A program made the translations under genes and the position numbers. From the NCBI RefSeq assembly GCF_963668215.2, contig NZ_CAXXDI010000001.1, positions 1,418,844 through 1,482,843 on the forward strand: a stretch of 64,000 nucleotides of DNA. Reading direction: 5' to 3'. Positions 52,577 to 63,154 of this stretch are shown here, piece after piece; the first letter of the stretch is position 1, and every line of letters begins with the position of its first letter. The notes under the pieces are model-generated. The model was not told the origin of the DNA and made no database searches. It saw nothing but the letters and a program-made list of their open reading frames with translations. This DNA is from an uncultured Desulfosarcina sp. (GTDB lineage Bacteria; Desulfobacterota; Desulfobacteria; Desulfobacterales; Desulfosarcinaceae).

Positions 52577-55500
52577 TTAAAAGTCGACGGTCCGCGCCCG
52601 CTTGCGCCACGCAGGCGTTTGATCGGGCCATTTCTCTCCGTCCAGCCCCATGGCCAGTTCTTCGGCCAGGTGCCGAACCCGGATTCCAAGGATTTCCTGC
52701 CGACCGAGACCGGAAAGGCAGGAAGGGCAATTGGTGAGAACGATCTTCTCGGTTTGCGACGACTCGCCCATCGCGTCCCGCAGGGCATCCTGTTTCCGCG
52801 CCCGCATGGCCGCGGCGATATCGGGCCGGCTCAGGGCCAGGGTCCCGGCCTCGCCGCAGCAGTGGGGCACGGCGACTACCGGGCTTCCCAGGCGGCCCAA
52901 CAAGACTTCTCCCTCCCCCTCCAGGGAATCGTGGCAGGGCGCATGATACATCCGGGGTCCCGGAATCCCGACCGAAAGGCCATGCTCCACGGCCAGCCGG
53001 CTGACATCGACAATCGGACAGCCGAACATGGCGGCGGCCTGCATGTCGACCAGGGATTCCATGCAGGTGCCGCAGCTGACAGCCAGGGCATCGAAGCGCA
53101 AATGGCCGAGCCGCTCACGGATCTGGTTCAGAATCACCGCCGTGCGCATGGCCTGGCGGCGGTGCAGATCGGTTTTGGCGTTGACCCGCGCCGGGAAACC
53201 GCAGCACAGAAACGGCGGCGGCAGGATCACGCGGGCGCCCGTGGACAGCAGAACATGGATGGCGGCCAAGGCCACCCGTGAATAGAGGCGCTCGGAACCG
53301 CAGCCGGGAAAATAGAAAACCGTGTGCCCGACGTCGCCGGACGGTTCGACGATCACCGCCTGATTCCTGCCGCAAGCCGGCAGGCGGTCGAAAAGGGTTC
53401 CGGCAGGCACCGGCGGCATGGGGGTGCGCAGCAAGGCCAGCCGGTCCGCCGGCCGCGGCGTTCGTGCACCCGACAGATGCCGGAGCATCCAGGCGCCGGC
53501 CCGCTGGAGCCGGCTGCCCGCCCACAGGGCCGTGGGCCGCACCACGGCATTGAACATCGGAGAACGGCTGTCCAGGTATGTCAAAGCCATGCCGGTGGCC
53601 GCTTTGGTTTTGCGATAGCGGCGGGCGGCGAGAATCCTGCGCTCCAGGATCGCGACCTCGCCGCTGTCGATATCCACCGGGCAGGGCGGCTGGCATTTGT
53701 GGCAGATAGTGCAGTGGTCGGCCACCTGGCCCAGATATTTCAAGGCGTTGAGCCCGGTGGAGCGAAAGCGCTGGGTCTCGTACAAAATCGCCTCGATAAG
53801 GGCCACCACGGCCAGGTTCTTGTTGCGCGGGTGGTAAAACAGGTTTTCTCCGGGATGGAACACGCAGCAGGGGGTCTTGCAACGGCCGCAGCGCACGCAG
53901 CCGGAAATCTTCTCGGCCAGGGCCTCCAGTTCGGCATGGCGCAGGATATTGGCCTCCAGTTCCAGCAGGTTGAACGAAGGGGCGAAGACCAGCCTCGGCG
54001 CCTGCGGATCGCTGAGCTTGCCCGGATTCATGATCCCGTCCGGGTCCACCTGCTCCCGATAGCGGGCCAGTTCTTCGAGGCGGTCCGGATCGAGATACTT
54101 GAACTTGGTGAACCCGATGCCGTGCTCCCCGCTGACGACGCCGTCCAGTTCTACCGCTTTGGCCATGACCGCATCGGCGGTTTCGGCGGCCCGGATCATC
54201 ATCTCCCGGTCATTGGAGAACACCGGGATATTGACGTGGATATTGCCGTCCCCGGCATGCATGTGGGTGGCGATGACGATCAGGCGCGAGCGCGTATCCG
54301 CGTAAATCTCCTCGATCTCACGGTTGATCTTGACGTAGCCGCTGAACAGCTCGGCCAGCTCGTCCTTGAGCCGCCGGATGTGGGTTTCCTCCTGGAGGTG
54401 GTGCTTGCCGGCCAGCCGGAGGCGCTCCAGGGCAGCCATGAACAACTCCTTGGCGGCAGGCAGTTTGGCGGCCAGCCACTCGGGGTCTTCCAGGGGCTGG
54501 GCCGTTTCCAGGTGGGCGCCCAGGCGAAACACCAGGTCCTTCTGGTTGCGACGCTGCTCCTCGGCGTTGACGTCGTCGGCGAACTGGGCGAACTCGGCCA
54601 GGGCGTCGATGGGCAGCACGATGTCTTCGTTGAGCTTGAACGACCGGGTCCGGCGGGCGATGGCCCCCAGCCGTTTGCGGTCCCGCCAGAAGCGCTCGGC
54701 TTCGCTCTCGGAATCGGCCACGAACAGATGGGTGTTGGGGTAGAGCGACATCAACTGCTTGAGCCGCACCAGCCCCCGTTCAATCTGGGCGCGGTCATGC
54801 CCCACCATGTCCATGAGCAGCACCGCCTTGGGTTGATCCTGGCGGGGGGCCTTGACCTTGTACCCGATGGCCCGCACGTAGGCGTCGTCGAAATGCTCCA
54901 GGGCCATGAGGGTTTCTTCTCCCCGGTTGGCGAACGCCTCGCAGATGGCGGCAATGGCCCGGCTGGCCTCGTCCATGTCCGCGCCAAAGAACTCCAGGCA
55001 GCAGGTGGCTTTCTCTTCGTAGGCCCGGTGAAGAATGAAGCGGGCCGACGTGATGATGCCGTCGGTGCCCTCTTTCTGGATGCCGGGCAATCCGGACAGG
55101 GCCTTGTTGGTGATGTCCTTGCCCAGACCGGCCTGCCGGATCTGAAGCCCGTCCAGGGAGATCTTGCGCACAATGGCGCCGGCATCGTCCAGCACATCGA
55201 AATCGATGCGGTCTTCGGGCCGGATGCGGCGCAGGCTGTGCGCGCTTCGCCGGACCGTGTACAGCCGGCCGTCGGGCATGGCGATGGAAAAGGAAAGCAG
55301 GTTGTCGATGGCCGTGCCCCAGAGCACGGCGGTCTTGCCGCCGGCATTTTCGGCGATATTGCCCCCGATGGTGCAAGCCCAGGCGCTGGTCGGATCGGTG
55401 GCAAAGACCAGGCCCTGTTCCTTGGCGGCGGTCATGGCCGCCTGGGTGATCACCCCGGCCTCCAGGTGAATGACGGGAACTGCCTGCCGGCCTTGTGCGG

Positions 55501-56203
55501 TCTCCATTTCAACGGTTTCGATGCCGTGGATGCGGTTGAGGCCCTCGGTGTTGACGATCACGCATCCGTTGTCCAGGGGCACGCTGCCGCCGGTCAAGCC
55601 GGTGCCCCCACCCCGGGGAATGACCTTGAAGCCGTCGGCGCCAAGAACCCGGATCAATTCCGGAACCTGATCTTCCCGGTTGGGGCGCACCACGGCCAGC
55701 GGCAGGTGCAGGCGCCAGTTGGTGGCGTCGGTCACATGGGCGTTGAGCGTGAACGGGTCAGTGAAAATGTTGTCCCTGCCGATCAGCGCGGCCAGGCGTT
55801 TGTGAATCCGCCGCTGGCGGTCGCCAATCTTCCGGATGCCGGTATCGGTCGCTTCCAGGCAGCGGCGGCAGTCCTCCAGCACCGTCGATCCTTCGGGATA
55901 CCCGTCAGATTGATCGGGCACGGCAGCGGCCGCCATTTCCAGATCCAGGGCTGCGGCCTCGAAAAACCGTCGATGGCGGCGGGGGGAAACGATCAGTTCG
56001 TTGCGCACGAAGGGATTGCGCCGGAGCATGAACATGTCGCCGAAAAAACGCATCAGGGGGTGCAGGGCCGGACCGCTACTTTTCAGCAGCCGGCTTTTCT
56101 GCAGGCGCCGGTATCCCTGGTCGCCGATGAGCAGGCGCACGATCTGACTGTCGTCGGCGCTGGTGTAATTGTATGGAATTTTCCGGATGTCGCTTGCGGC
56201 CAT
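52577..56203 (-). CDS. Large FAD-linked oxidoreductase with Fe-S and CCG domains (DUF3683-type N-terminus)
   Basis: IPYNYTS N-terminus, PRGGGTGLTGG, TIGGNIAENAGG, HAGDGNIH, SGEHGIG, CVRCGRC, CTICHKC, CCG motifs. Confidence 0.9.
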   Translation of the reverse strand: MAASDIRKIPYNYTSADDSQIVRLLIGDQGYRRLQKSRLLKSSGPALHPLMRFFGDMFMLRRNPFVRNELIVSPRRHRRFFEAAALDLEMAAAAVPDQSDGYPEGSTVLEDCRRCLEATDTGIRKIGDRQRRIHKRLAALIGRDNIFTDPFTLNAHVTDATNWRLHLPLAVVRPNREDQVPELIRVLGADGFKVIPRGGGTGLTGGSVPLDNGCVIVNTEGLNRIHGIETVEMETAQGRQAVPVIHLEAGVITQAAMTAAKEQGLVFATDPTSAWACTIGGNIAENAGGKTAVLWGTAIDNLLSFSIAMPDGRLYTVRRSAHSLRRIRPEDRIDFDVLDDAGAIVRKISLDGLQIRQAGLGKDITNKALSGLPGIQKEGTDGIITSARFILHRAYEEKATCCLEFFGADMDEASRAIAAICEAFANRGEETLMALEHFDDAYVRAIGYKVKAPRQDQPKAVLLMDMVGHDRAQIERGLVRLKQLMSLYPNTHLFVADSESEAERFWRDRKRLGAIARRTRSFKLNEDIVLPIDALAEFAQFADDVNAEEQRRNQKDLVFRLGAHLETAQPLEDPEWLAAKLPAAKELFMAALERLRLAGKHHLQEETHIRRLKDELAELFSGYVKINREIEEIYADTRSRLIVIATHMHAGDGNIHVNIPVFSNDREMMIRAAETADAVMAKAVELDGVVSGEHGIGFTKFKYLDPDRLEELARYREQVDPDGIMNPGKLSDPQAPRLVFAPSFNLLELEANILRHAELEALAEKISGCVRCGRCKTPCCVFHPGENLFYHPRNKNLAVVALIEAILYETQRFRSTGLNALKYLGQVADHCTICHKCQPPCPVDIDSGEVAILERRILAARRYRKTKAATGMALTYLDSRSPMFNAVVRPTALWAGSRLQRAGAWMLRHLSGARTPRPADRLALLRTPMPPVPAGTLFDRLPACGRNQAVIVEPSGDVGHTVFYFPGCGSERLYSRVALAAIHVLLSTGARVILPPPFLCCGFPARVNAKTDLHRRQAMRTAVILNQIRERLGHLRFDALAVSCGTCMESLVDMQAAAMFGCPIVDVSRLAVEHGLSVGIPGPRMYHAPCHDSLEGEGEVLLGRLGSPVVAVPHCCGEAGTLALSRPDIAAAMRARKQDALRDAMGESSQTEKIVLTNCPSCLSGLGRQEILGIRVRHLAEELAMGLDGEKWPDQTPAWRKRARTVDF

Positions 56204-56453
56204 GGACGCTCTTTCTCTCTTACGGGAAAGCGGTTTTCAAATCACAATTCGGCGCAATTGGCAACCGCTGCGGCTTGATGGCTTTATTCATCAATCATTT
56301 CAAATGTGTATAATAATTTTAAAATGTTTTTTATGCAACGATGGGCAGAATGTGGTATAGAAAACGGTTAATTTAGTTGATTGCCATTGCATTGCTCGAT
56401 CGATCCTGTTCATCCAGTATCATCTATCCAACACCGGCAGGGGGAGGAAAGGC

Positions 56454-56876
56454 ATGTCAGGCGCCAGTCAGGAAAAAAGCTCCGCTTCATTCGACCGCGA
56501 AACCTATGTAAAAATGCTGATCACCATTGCCCGGGCCGACAAGGAAAACGGCCCGCCGGAGTACCGCTTCATCCGCAGGCAGGCCATCCAGATGGGCGTC
56601 AACTACCAGAAAGTCCTGCATGAAACGGACCCGGATTTCGACATCGGCACCCATAAGGTCTCCCGCCTGACCGCCATGCGCGTTCTCAAAGATGCCATCA
56701 TGATCGCCTCCATGGACGGCAACTTCACCCTGCCTGAAAAGCAGAAAATCTATACCTATGCGGAAAGATTGGACATTCCCCGCACTGATGTGGACACGCT
56801 GGAAGTTCTCGTCCGGGAGTTGAAAGTGTTGGATGATCGATGGAAGGAACTGGTGGCCGGGCATCCCCATGAATGA
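56454..56876 (+). CDS. TerB-like (tellurite-resistance/DjlA-N fold) protein
   Basis: MLITIARAD..GPPE..FIR and IASMDGNFTLPEK..I duplicated motifs. Confidence 0.75.
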   Translation: MSGASQEKSSASFDRETYVKMLITIARADKENGPPEYRFIRRQAIQMGVNYQKVLHETDPDFDIGTHKVSRLTAMRVLKDAIMIASMDGNFTLPEKQKIYTYAERLDIPRTDVDTLEVLVRELKVLDDRWKELVAGHPHE

Positions 56877-57939
56877 CACCGGCTTTCTCGACTCCCTTTT
56901 GGGCATCCTCAACGCGATGTCGGCCAATCTTAAGGCGGGTCTTGCGCGGCTGGACGGACTGTGGCGGTTTTTTTCGGCCCTGGACCCCTGGTTTTCACTA
57001 GCCCTGTTCCTAGCCTGCTCCATGCTCATGGTCTACCGCCTCAACGTATTGGAGCGCAAGGGCCTCGAAGGCACCGTGCTGGGCACGCTGGTCATGCCCT
57101 ACGCCTCCGGGTTTCCCAATCTGGTGTTTGCCTATTCCCTGGGCCGCCAGGGCGGCAGCGGTGCAGTCATCGTCGAAAACTGCATCGTCAACAATGTCAC
57201 CAACCTGACCCTGCTCATCGGTTTGCCGGCCCTGATCTGGGGTCTGAACGTCCTGCCCAACCGGTCTGTACGCAATGTGCGCCCTTCCGCGTCCAAACTC
57301 CAGCAGCTCAACACCCTGTCCTTGATGCTCACCCTCGTGGCCCTGTTCTTTTTCACCGGCGCCTTGTGGGCATTGGGACGCGACGGCCGCCTGGATTTCG
57401 GCGACGGTCTGGTGCTGGTGGGCCTTTTTCTCTTCTGGCAGGTCCTGCACGTATTCGACGTTCTCAAATACAACATCCACCAGCGGCGCTCGCTGCCGTG
57501 GACCGTTTTCGTGGACGTCCTGCTGGTGGTCATTCTGGGGGCCGGCGTGCTTTCCGGAATCGACCGCCTGGTGGCCTGGGTCATGGCCCTGGGTCCCGGC
57601 TTTATTCTCTACGATCAGTTGGGCATTCTCAGCGGCTGCCTCATGGTGCTGCCCAACGCGGTTCTGGCGATGTACTATGCCTGGGCCCGGCGGGCGGACA
57701 TCGTTTACAGCTCCCAGGTGGGAGACGGTCATATCTGCATCCCCATGTGCATCGGCCTTTTTGCCCTATTTTCCGTCATCCAGGTGCCGGACCGGATGGT
57801 TCTGGGCATCCTGGTGATTCTCGGGGCCGGACTGCTGCATCTCTTTTTCGTCGCCATCGTCGGCCGGCTTCCCCGCTTCATGGGGGCATTGCTGACCATT
57901 GCCTATGGGGTGTTCCTTTACACCGGATTCATGGGATAA
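56869..57939 (+). CDS. CaCA-superfamily (Na+/Ca2+ antiporter-like) membrane protein
   Basis: About 10 TM segments; alpha-repeat-like GTLVMPYASGFPN and CLMVLPN..DIVYSSQVGD. Confidence 0.75.
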   Translation: MNDTGFLDSLLGILNAMSANLKAGLARLDGLWRFFSALDPWFSLALFLACSMLMVYRLNVLERKGLEGTVLGTLVMPYASGFPNLVFAYSLGRQGGSGAVIVENCIVNNVTNLTLLIGLPALIWGLNVLPNRSVRNVRPSASKLQQLNTLSLMLTLVALFFFTGALWALGRDGRLDFGDGLVLVGLFLFWQVLHVFDVLKYNIHQRRSLPWTVFVDVLLVVILGAGVLSGIDRLVAWVMALGPGFILYDQLGILSGCLMVLPNAVLAMYYAWARRADIVYSSQVGDGHICIPMCIGLFALFSVIQVPDRMVLGILVILGAGLLHLFFVAIVGRLPRFMGALLTIAYGVFLYTGFMG

Positions 57940-57978
57940 CGATTTCGCAGAAAGTCCGATATCTGCGCTGCAATTCCA

Positions 57979-59181
57979 ATGAAAAACAACCATACCCGAT
58001 TCATCATTCTATGGATTGCCCTGACCGCTGTTCTGCTCCTTTGCGCCTGCCAGGACGCTGCCAGGGATCAGTTGACGGCCGATCTGCAAACCGGCATTAC
58101 CGATGACGAAATTCTGATCGGCTCATCACTGGCCCTGGGAGGGCACGCCGGATATCTGGGCACCCAGACCCTGCACGGAGCCATGGCTTATCTGCGGCAC
58201 ATCAATACCGCCGGCGGCGTCAACGGCCGCCGCATCCGGGTCGTGGCCTACGACGACGGCTATGATCCGCCCCACTGCCTGGTGAACACCCAGCGCCTGC
58301 TCATCGAAGACCGCGTCTTTGCCCTTTTTTGCTACGTGGGCACGCCCACCACCGTCAGGGTGCTTCCCCTGATCGAAGAAGCCCGCATCCCCCTGGTCGG
58401 GATGTTCACCGGCGCGAATGCCCTGCGGGAACCGTTAAATCCCTATTTGATCAATGTCCGGGCGTCTTACTACCAGGAAACCGCCGCCGCCGTCCGCTAC
58501 CTGGTCAAACGCCTGAACATCAGTGAGATCGCCGTTTTCTACCAGTACGACGCCTATGGATTCGACGGATTGCGGGGTACCGAACTGGCATTGAAGGCCT
58601 TCGGTCTGGTGCCGGTGGCCAATGGCAGTTATGTCCGGGGCACCCTGGATGTGGAAGCCGGCCTGGACCGTATCCGCGCCAGCGGTGCGCGTTCCGTGGT
58701 AATGATCGGCACCTACGAACCCTGCGCCAAGTTTATCCGCATGGCCAGGCAAGACGGCTATGATCCGGTGTTTTACAATGTCTCTTTCGTGGGCGCGGAT
58801 GCACTGGCCCGCCTGCTGGGCGAAAACGGAGAAGGCGTAATTGTCTCTCAGGTGGTGCCGCCTCCCGAAACCATCGGGGAGGACAAACCACTTTGGGGGG
58901 CCGAAGAATACGTCAAGCTTCTGGCGGCCTATTATCCGGAAGACCGCCCCAATTTTGTCGGCCTCGAGGGGTATATCAACGCCCGCGTGCTGGTGGAAGG
59001 GCTGAGGCGGGCCGGCCGGCAATTGGACCGTGAATCCTTTGTCCGGGCCATCGAGTCCATTCGGGACTACGATCTGGGCATCGCCAATCCGCTTTCCTTC
59101 AGTTCCCTGGACCATCAGGGCCTGGAGCGGGTTTATTTTACGAAGATAGAGGGCGGTCGGTTCGTCCTGCTGGAAGACTGA
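57979..59181 (+). CDS. Type-1 periplasmic binding lipoprotein (branched-chain amino-acid-like)
   Basis: Lipobox LCAC; DDGYDPP, YVGTPT, NVRASY..E, LEGYI. Confidence 0.88.
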   Translation: MKNNHTRFIILWIALTAVLLLCACQDAARDQLTADLQTGITDDEILIGSSLALGGHAGYLGTQTLHGAMAYLRHINTAGGVNGRRIRVVAYDDGYDPPHCLVNTQRLLIEDRVFALFCYVGTPTTVRVLPLIEEARIPLVGMFTGANALREPLNPYLINVRASYYQETAAAVRYLVKRLNISEIAVFYQYDAYGFDGLRGTELALKAFGLVPVANGSYVRGTLDVEAGLDRIRASGARSVVMIGTYEPCAKFIRMARQDGYDPVFYNVSFVGADALARLLGENGEGVIVSQVVPPPETIGEDKPLWGAEEYVKLLAAYYPEDRPNFVGLEGYINARVLVEGLRRAGRQLDRESFVRAIESIRDYDLGIANPLSFSSLDHQGLERVYFTKIEGGRFVLLED

Positions 59182-59268
59182 GGGTTTCGTTCATAGACCC
59201 GGCATTGACCGGTTTGAACATCGTTGATCAAAACACCGGAAAAGAGCGAGCCCCTCACCTGGAGCCCT

Positions 59269-61107
59269 ATGCCACTGGAAAAGATAAAACGCTCCTCTTT
59301 GAAGAACAAAATCTTCTTCTCCATCACATTGGTGATTCTTCTCATCAGCGTGTTGATCGCCCTTTTTACCCGATGGGTGCTTATCTCCAGCCTGACATCC
59401 GAACTCAAACGGCGGGGGTTGGGAATCGGCCAGAGCATCGCCGAGAGTTGTCGGGGGCCTATTCTGACGGAAGATATTCCACAGCTCACCAGCCTCCTGT
59501 TCGACGCCCGCCTGGGCGAACGCAAGCTTCTCATCGTCTATGTCTACATACAGGACAAAAAGGACCGCGTGCTGGCCCACACCTTCACCCATCCTTTTCC
59601 CCAGGGCCTGACCGATGCCAACCCCCTGCCGCCCGATCGGCCCAACGCCATCCGTTTGCTGAAGATGACGGGCAGCTCCGTTTATGATGTCGCCATCCCG
59701 GTGCTGGAGGGAATCTACCGGATCGGAACCGTTCATCTGGGGGTGGATAAAAACCATATCGATCAGTTGATCGGAAAACTGCGCACCACATTTTTGGGGT
59801 TTGTTTCCACGGTAACCATCATCTTTTTCGTCATCAGCCACGGCCTGGCGCGCTATATCACCCGCCCGATTTCGCAGCTTACCCGGGTTTCCGATGAAAT
59901 CAGCCGGGGGAATTTCAATTTTTCCGTTCCCTTGGAAGATCGCATGGGCGGCGAAGACGAGGTCCGCCAGCTGGCCAGTTCCTTCATGAACATGGCCCAG
60001 CGGATCAAAGAGTCCCAGGTTCGCCTTCAGGAGTCCGAGGCCAAATACCGGTCCCTGTTCAACAGCGGCCCAAACCCCATTTTCGCTCTGGATCAGGACC
60101 GGCACCGTATTCTGGATGCCAACCCCAGGGCCGAAGCCGTGTTCGGCTACGCCCGGGAAGAACTTATCGGACGGCCCTTTTCGGACTTGGGCCCCATTGA
60201 CGATTCGGGCCGGCAGCGCATCGGCGGTAAAAACGAAGAAGTGGCCATCTCCAAGGTACAATATACGAAAAAGGGCGGCAGCCCCATCCACGTCAACGTG
60301 CATGCCATCCCGGCCCGCTATGGCTCCGTTGATGCCCTGATTGTGGCCACCACGGACATCAGCGAAATGGTGGAAAAGGACAGCCAACTGATTCAGGCCA
60401 GCAAAATGACCACCCTGGGGGAGATGTCCGCCGGCATCGCCCACGAAGTCAACCAACCCCTCAACGCCATAAAAATGGGCAGCGAATTTCTGGAATTCAT
60501 GGTCCAGTCCGGAAAGGAGATCCCCAAAGCGGACCTGTTGCACGTGGTGGCGGAAATCAGCGGACAGGTGGATCGTGCCGTGGCCATCATTCAGCGGCTG
60601 CGGGATTTCGGACGCAAATCGGATTTCAGCAAGAACCAGGTGCAGATTAACGACTGTGTGCGGAGCGTTCTGGAGATCATCGGCCGGCAGTTGACCCTGC
60701 AGAACATTCGCCTGGACCTTGAGCTTGCAGACGGAATCGCTCCGGTAATGGCCCACAACAATCGCTTGGAGCAGGTGATTTTCAACCTGCTCACCAACGC
60801 GCGCGATGCCATCGTTCAGCGGCAGGAAAACGGCGACGACGACCTCGATCATTGCATCCGCATCGCCAGTAAACAGGACAACAGGCACGTTCGCCTGACC
60901 GTATCCGACACCGGAGTGGGCATTTCGGAAACGGTCAAGGATCGGATCTTCGAAGCTTTTTTTACCACCAAGCAGATGGGCGAAGGCATGGGGCTGGGGC
61001 TGTCCATCACCAATGAGATCGTCGAGGATTACGGCGGCACCATCCGGATCGGCAGCGGCATCCATGGCGGCACCGCCTTCGTTCTCACTTTTCCGGCCGC
61101 CGGATAA
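59269..61107 (+). CDS. Membrane HAMP-PAS sensor histidine kinase
   Basis: Two TM segments, [26 protein letters not shown]; GGAG RBS. Confidence 0.92.
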   Translation: MPLEKIKRSSLKNKIFFSITLVILLISVLIALFTRWVLISSLTSELKRRGLGIGQSIAESCRGPILTEDIPQLTSLLFDARLGERKLLIVYVYIQDKKDRVLAHTFTHPFPQGLTDANPLPPDRPNAIRLLKMTGSSVYDVAIPVLEGIYRIGTVHLGVDKNHIDQLIGKLRTTFLGFVSTVTIIFFVISHGLARYITRPISQLTRVSDEISRGNFNFSVPLEDRMGGEDEVRQLASSFMNMAQRIKESQVRLQESEAKYRSLFNSGPNPIFALDQDRHRILDANPRAEAVFGYAREELIGRPFSDLGPIDDSGRQRIGGKNEEVAISKVQYTKKGGSPIHVNVHAIPARYGSVDALIVATTDISEMVEKDSQLIQASKMTTLGEMSAGIAHEVNQPLNAIKMGSEFLEFMVQSGKEIPKADLLHVVAEISGQVDRAVAIIQRLRDFGRKSDFSKNQVQINDCVRSVLEIIGRQLTLQNIRLDLELADGIAPVMAHNNRLEQVIFNLLTNARDAIVQRQENGDDDLDHCIRIASKQDNRHVRLTVSDTGVGISETVKDRIFEAFFTTKQMGEGMGLGLSITNEIVEDYGGTIRIGSGIHGGTAFVLTFPAAG

Positions 61108-61137
61108 AAACATAGGATAAAAACGAAAGGAGACGAC

Positions 61138-61455
61138 ATGTATCTTCCCCAGGTCTACCAGAAATTCCAGGAACGGTTCCCTGAAGTCTTCAACCATTTC
61201 AAACAGCTCGGCAAGGCAACCCGGGAGGCGGGGCCCCTGGACGAGAAAACCCAGGACCTGATCAAATTGGGCATCGCTGCGGGGGCAAACTCGCGTGGGG
61301 GCGTGATGTCGAATACCCGCAAGGCCATGGCTGCCGGCGCAACGGTTGAAGAGGTAGAACATGCCATTCTTCTGGCAATGACCACAACCGGCTTTCCCAA
61401 CACGATTGCGGCTTTGAGTTGGGTGCAGGAGGTGCTGGCGGAAACGAAAGGCTGA
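61138..61455 (+). CDS. Carboxymuconolactone-decarboxylase/AhpD-like family protein
   Basis: GPLDEKT..LIKLGIA..A..AGATVEEV.HAIL..GFP. Confidence 0.88.
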   Translation: MYLPQVYQKFQERFPEVFNHFKQLGKATREAGPLDEKTQDLIKLGIAAGANSRGGVMSNTRKAMAAGATVEEVEHAILLAMTTTGFPNTIAALSWVQEVLAETKG

Positions 61456-61529
61456 TTGAACCAATAAAAAAATGGCGTGATTGGTTTGACGACAGTTTGC
61501 ATGAAATAGAAAACAGCAAAAATTTTTAG

Positions 61530-61598
61530 CCCTCACCACGGCATAAACTCGGACCGGGGCCAAACTGCGTCCCCGTCCGGTTATGCCGAACGTTATAC
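61530..61598 (+). other. attC-like site 1
   Basis: CCCTCAC (R'' with AAC>CAC)-5-CATAAACT ... GGTTATG-6-GTTATAC; inner CGGAC..GGGG/CCCC..GTCCG stem with extra-helical bases. Confidence 0.75.
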
Positions 61599-61622
61599 AT
61601 CAGCAAATAAGGTGGAAATTCG

Positions 61623-62504
61623 ATGAAAAGTCATAACCAGATGCCGAAATACCATGAACTTATGAACCCACTTCTCGCAGCCCTTCATGAGTTAGGCGGT
61701 TCTGGTTCTATTGAAGAGATCGCACAAAAAGTTTCGGAATTATCTGAATTGCCCGAAGAGGTTTTGAATATACCGCATAATCCGGAAAAAAGTAGTCAAA
61801 CGGAGATCGAATATCGTTTAGCATGGGCTCGCACTTATTTAAAAAAATATGGCATATTGGAAAATTCAGATAGGGGTATTTGGCTAATTGTTCCAGAAAA
61901 ACGTGATGTGAAATCGGTTGATTCTCAAGTCGTTGTAAAAACAGTACGAGACGAACACAAAAAACAGAAAGAAGCTGTCGAAAAAGAAAAAGCATCTGAA
62001 GAAGACACAGATACAGATATTGAAATTCCAGATGAGGCTGAGTCCTGGCGCAGCAGCCTCCATCATGTCCTCATACATGAAATATCACCAGATGCTTTTG
62101 AAAGATTGGCAAAAAGGATTTTAAGAGAGTCTGGTTTTGTACAGGTTGAAGTAACCGGTCGTTCTGGCGATGGCGGCATCGACGGTAAAGGCATAATGCG
62201 ATTAAGTGGCTTGCTAAGTTTTCACGTAATTTTTCAGTGCAAAAAATATAAAGGTACTGTCACCGCTTCAGATATCCGTGATTTCAGGGGCGCAATGATA
62301 GGACGGGCTGACAAGGGGCTGTTTATTACAACAGGCACTTTTACTCGAGATGCCATCCGAGAGGCTACAAGAGACGGTGCGCCACCAATCGACCTCGTTG
62401 ATGGAGACCAACTCGCTGACAAGCTGAAGGAATTGGGCCTTGGAATAAAGAAGGAAATGGTTGAAAAAATTTCAGTTGATACTGAGTGGTTCAAATCAAT
62501 ATAG
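61623..62504 (+). CDS. mrr: Mrr-family (type IV, modification-dependent) restriction endonuclease
   Basis: Mrr_N region (PKYHELMNPLL..RLAWARTYLKK) and catalytic region (FERL..SGDGGIDG..QCKKY); AT-rich. Confidence 0.92.
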   Translation: MKSHNQMPKYHELMNPLLAALHELGGSGSIEEIAQKVSELSELPEEVLNIPHNPEKSSQTEIEYRLAWARTYLKKYGILENSDRGIWLIVPEKRDVKSVDSQVVVKTVRDEHKKQKEAVEKEKASEEDTDTDIEIPDEAESWRSSLHHVLIHEISPDAFERLAKRILRESGFVQVEVTGRSGDGGIDGKGIMRLSGLLSFHVIFQCKKYKGTVTASDIRDFRGAMIGRADKGLFITTGTFTRDAIREATRDGAPPIDLVDGDQLADKLKELGLGIKKEMVEKISVDTEWFKSI

Positions 62505-62505
62505 A

Positions 62506-62578
62506 ATTCAACAAGCAAATTAACTCGGATGCAAATTCCGCTGCGCTCCATTTGTACCGGTTAGTTGCAGCGTGGGAC
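62506..62578 (+). other. attC-like site 2
   Basis: 1 nt after the mrr stop: ATTCAAC-5-AATTAACT ... GGTTAGT-6-GTGGGAC (GTT core altered). Confidence 0.75.
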
Positions 62579-62590
62579 AAAAATGAAGGG

Positions 62591-62845
62591 TCAGTAGTGA
62601 TATCTCAGTTGGGCAATGAGAATCGCATCTTCTGAAACTTTATAAACGAATCGATGTTCGTCATTTATCCGCCTGGACCAGTATCCGGATAGGGCATGTT
62701 TCAATGGTTCAGGTTTGCCAACACCCTCAAAAGGGCTGCGTTTTGTTTCTTTAATGAGGGTGTTGATACGGCGAAGGATTTTTTTTACCGTTTTTTGCCA
62801 ATAGAGGTAATCGTCCCAGGCATGATCTGAGAAGATGAGCCTCAC
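62591..62845 (-). CDS. yoeB: Txe/YoeB toxin
   Basis: AWDDYLYWQ, GKPEPLK..LSGYWSRRINDEHR.VY, C-terminal RYHY. Confidence 0.95.
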   Translation of the reverse strand: MRLIFSDHAWDDYLYWQKTVKKILRRINTLIKETKRSPFEGVGKPEPLKHALSGYWSRRINDEHRFVYKVSEDAILIAQLRYHY

Positions 62846-63093
62846 TCTATAAGTTCCTTTTCATTTCCTTTGCCATTTTCGAGCTGGGCGACCGATTCGA
62901 TCAGACGTCTGGTGTTTTTTGGTGACCGCAACAGGTAGGCTGTCTCTTCAAGGGCTTCAAAGTCCTCAAGGGACATAATGACCACCGATTCCGACGATTT
63001 TCGTGTCACAATTATCGGGGCGCGGTCTCTGCAAACTTTTTCCATTGTTTTCGCAAGGTTTTGCCTTGCAGCGGTATAGGTTATGGCTTCCAT
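62842..63093 (-). CDS. yefM: YefM (Phd) antitoxin
   Basis: MEAITYTAARQNLA..PIIVTR..VIMSLEDF..LEETAYLLRSP.N..RL; GGAGG RBS; overlaps yoeB. Confidence 0.95.
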   Translation of the reverse strand: MEAITYTAARQNLAKTMEKVCRDRAPIIVTRKSSESVVIMSLEDFEALEETAYLLRSPKNTRRLIESVAQLENGKGNEKELIE

Positions 63094-63105
63094 GTCGTTA
63101 CCTCC

Positions 63106-63143
63106 TGTACAGTATGTTGTACAAGTACGTGGTTTTTTGTCAA
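63106..63143 (-). promoter_or_regulatory. yefM-yoeB promoter and operator
   Basis: TTGACA at 63143-63138; two TGTACA palindromes (63106-63111 and 63118-63123) 12 bp apart, as in the E. coli yefM operator. Confidence 0.8.
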
Positions 63144-63154
63144 CGTTTATCTTG

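Noticed and set aside
39408-56278. Long antisense ORFs (e.g. 39408-41927 minus, 53324-56278 plus; also 1320-2909 minus and 29056-30273 plus)
   Set aside because: Shadow frames of GC-rich genes with recognisable products on the opposite strand; they show no motifs of their own.
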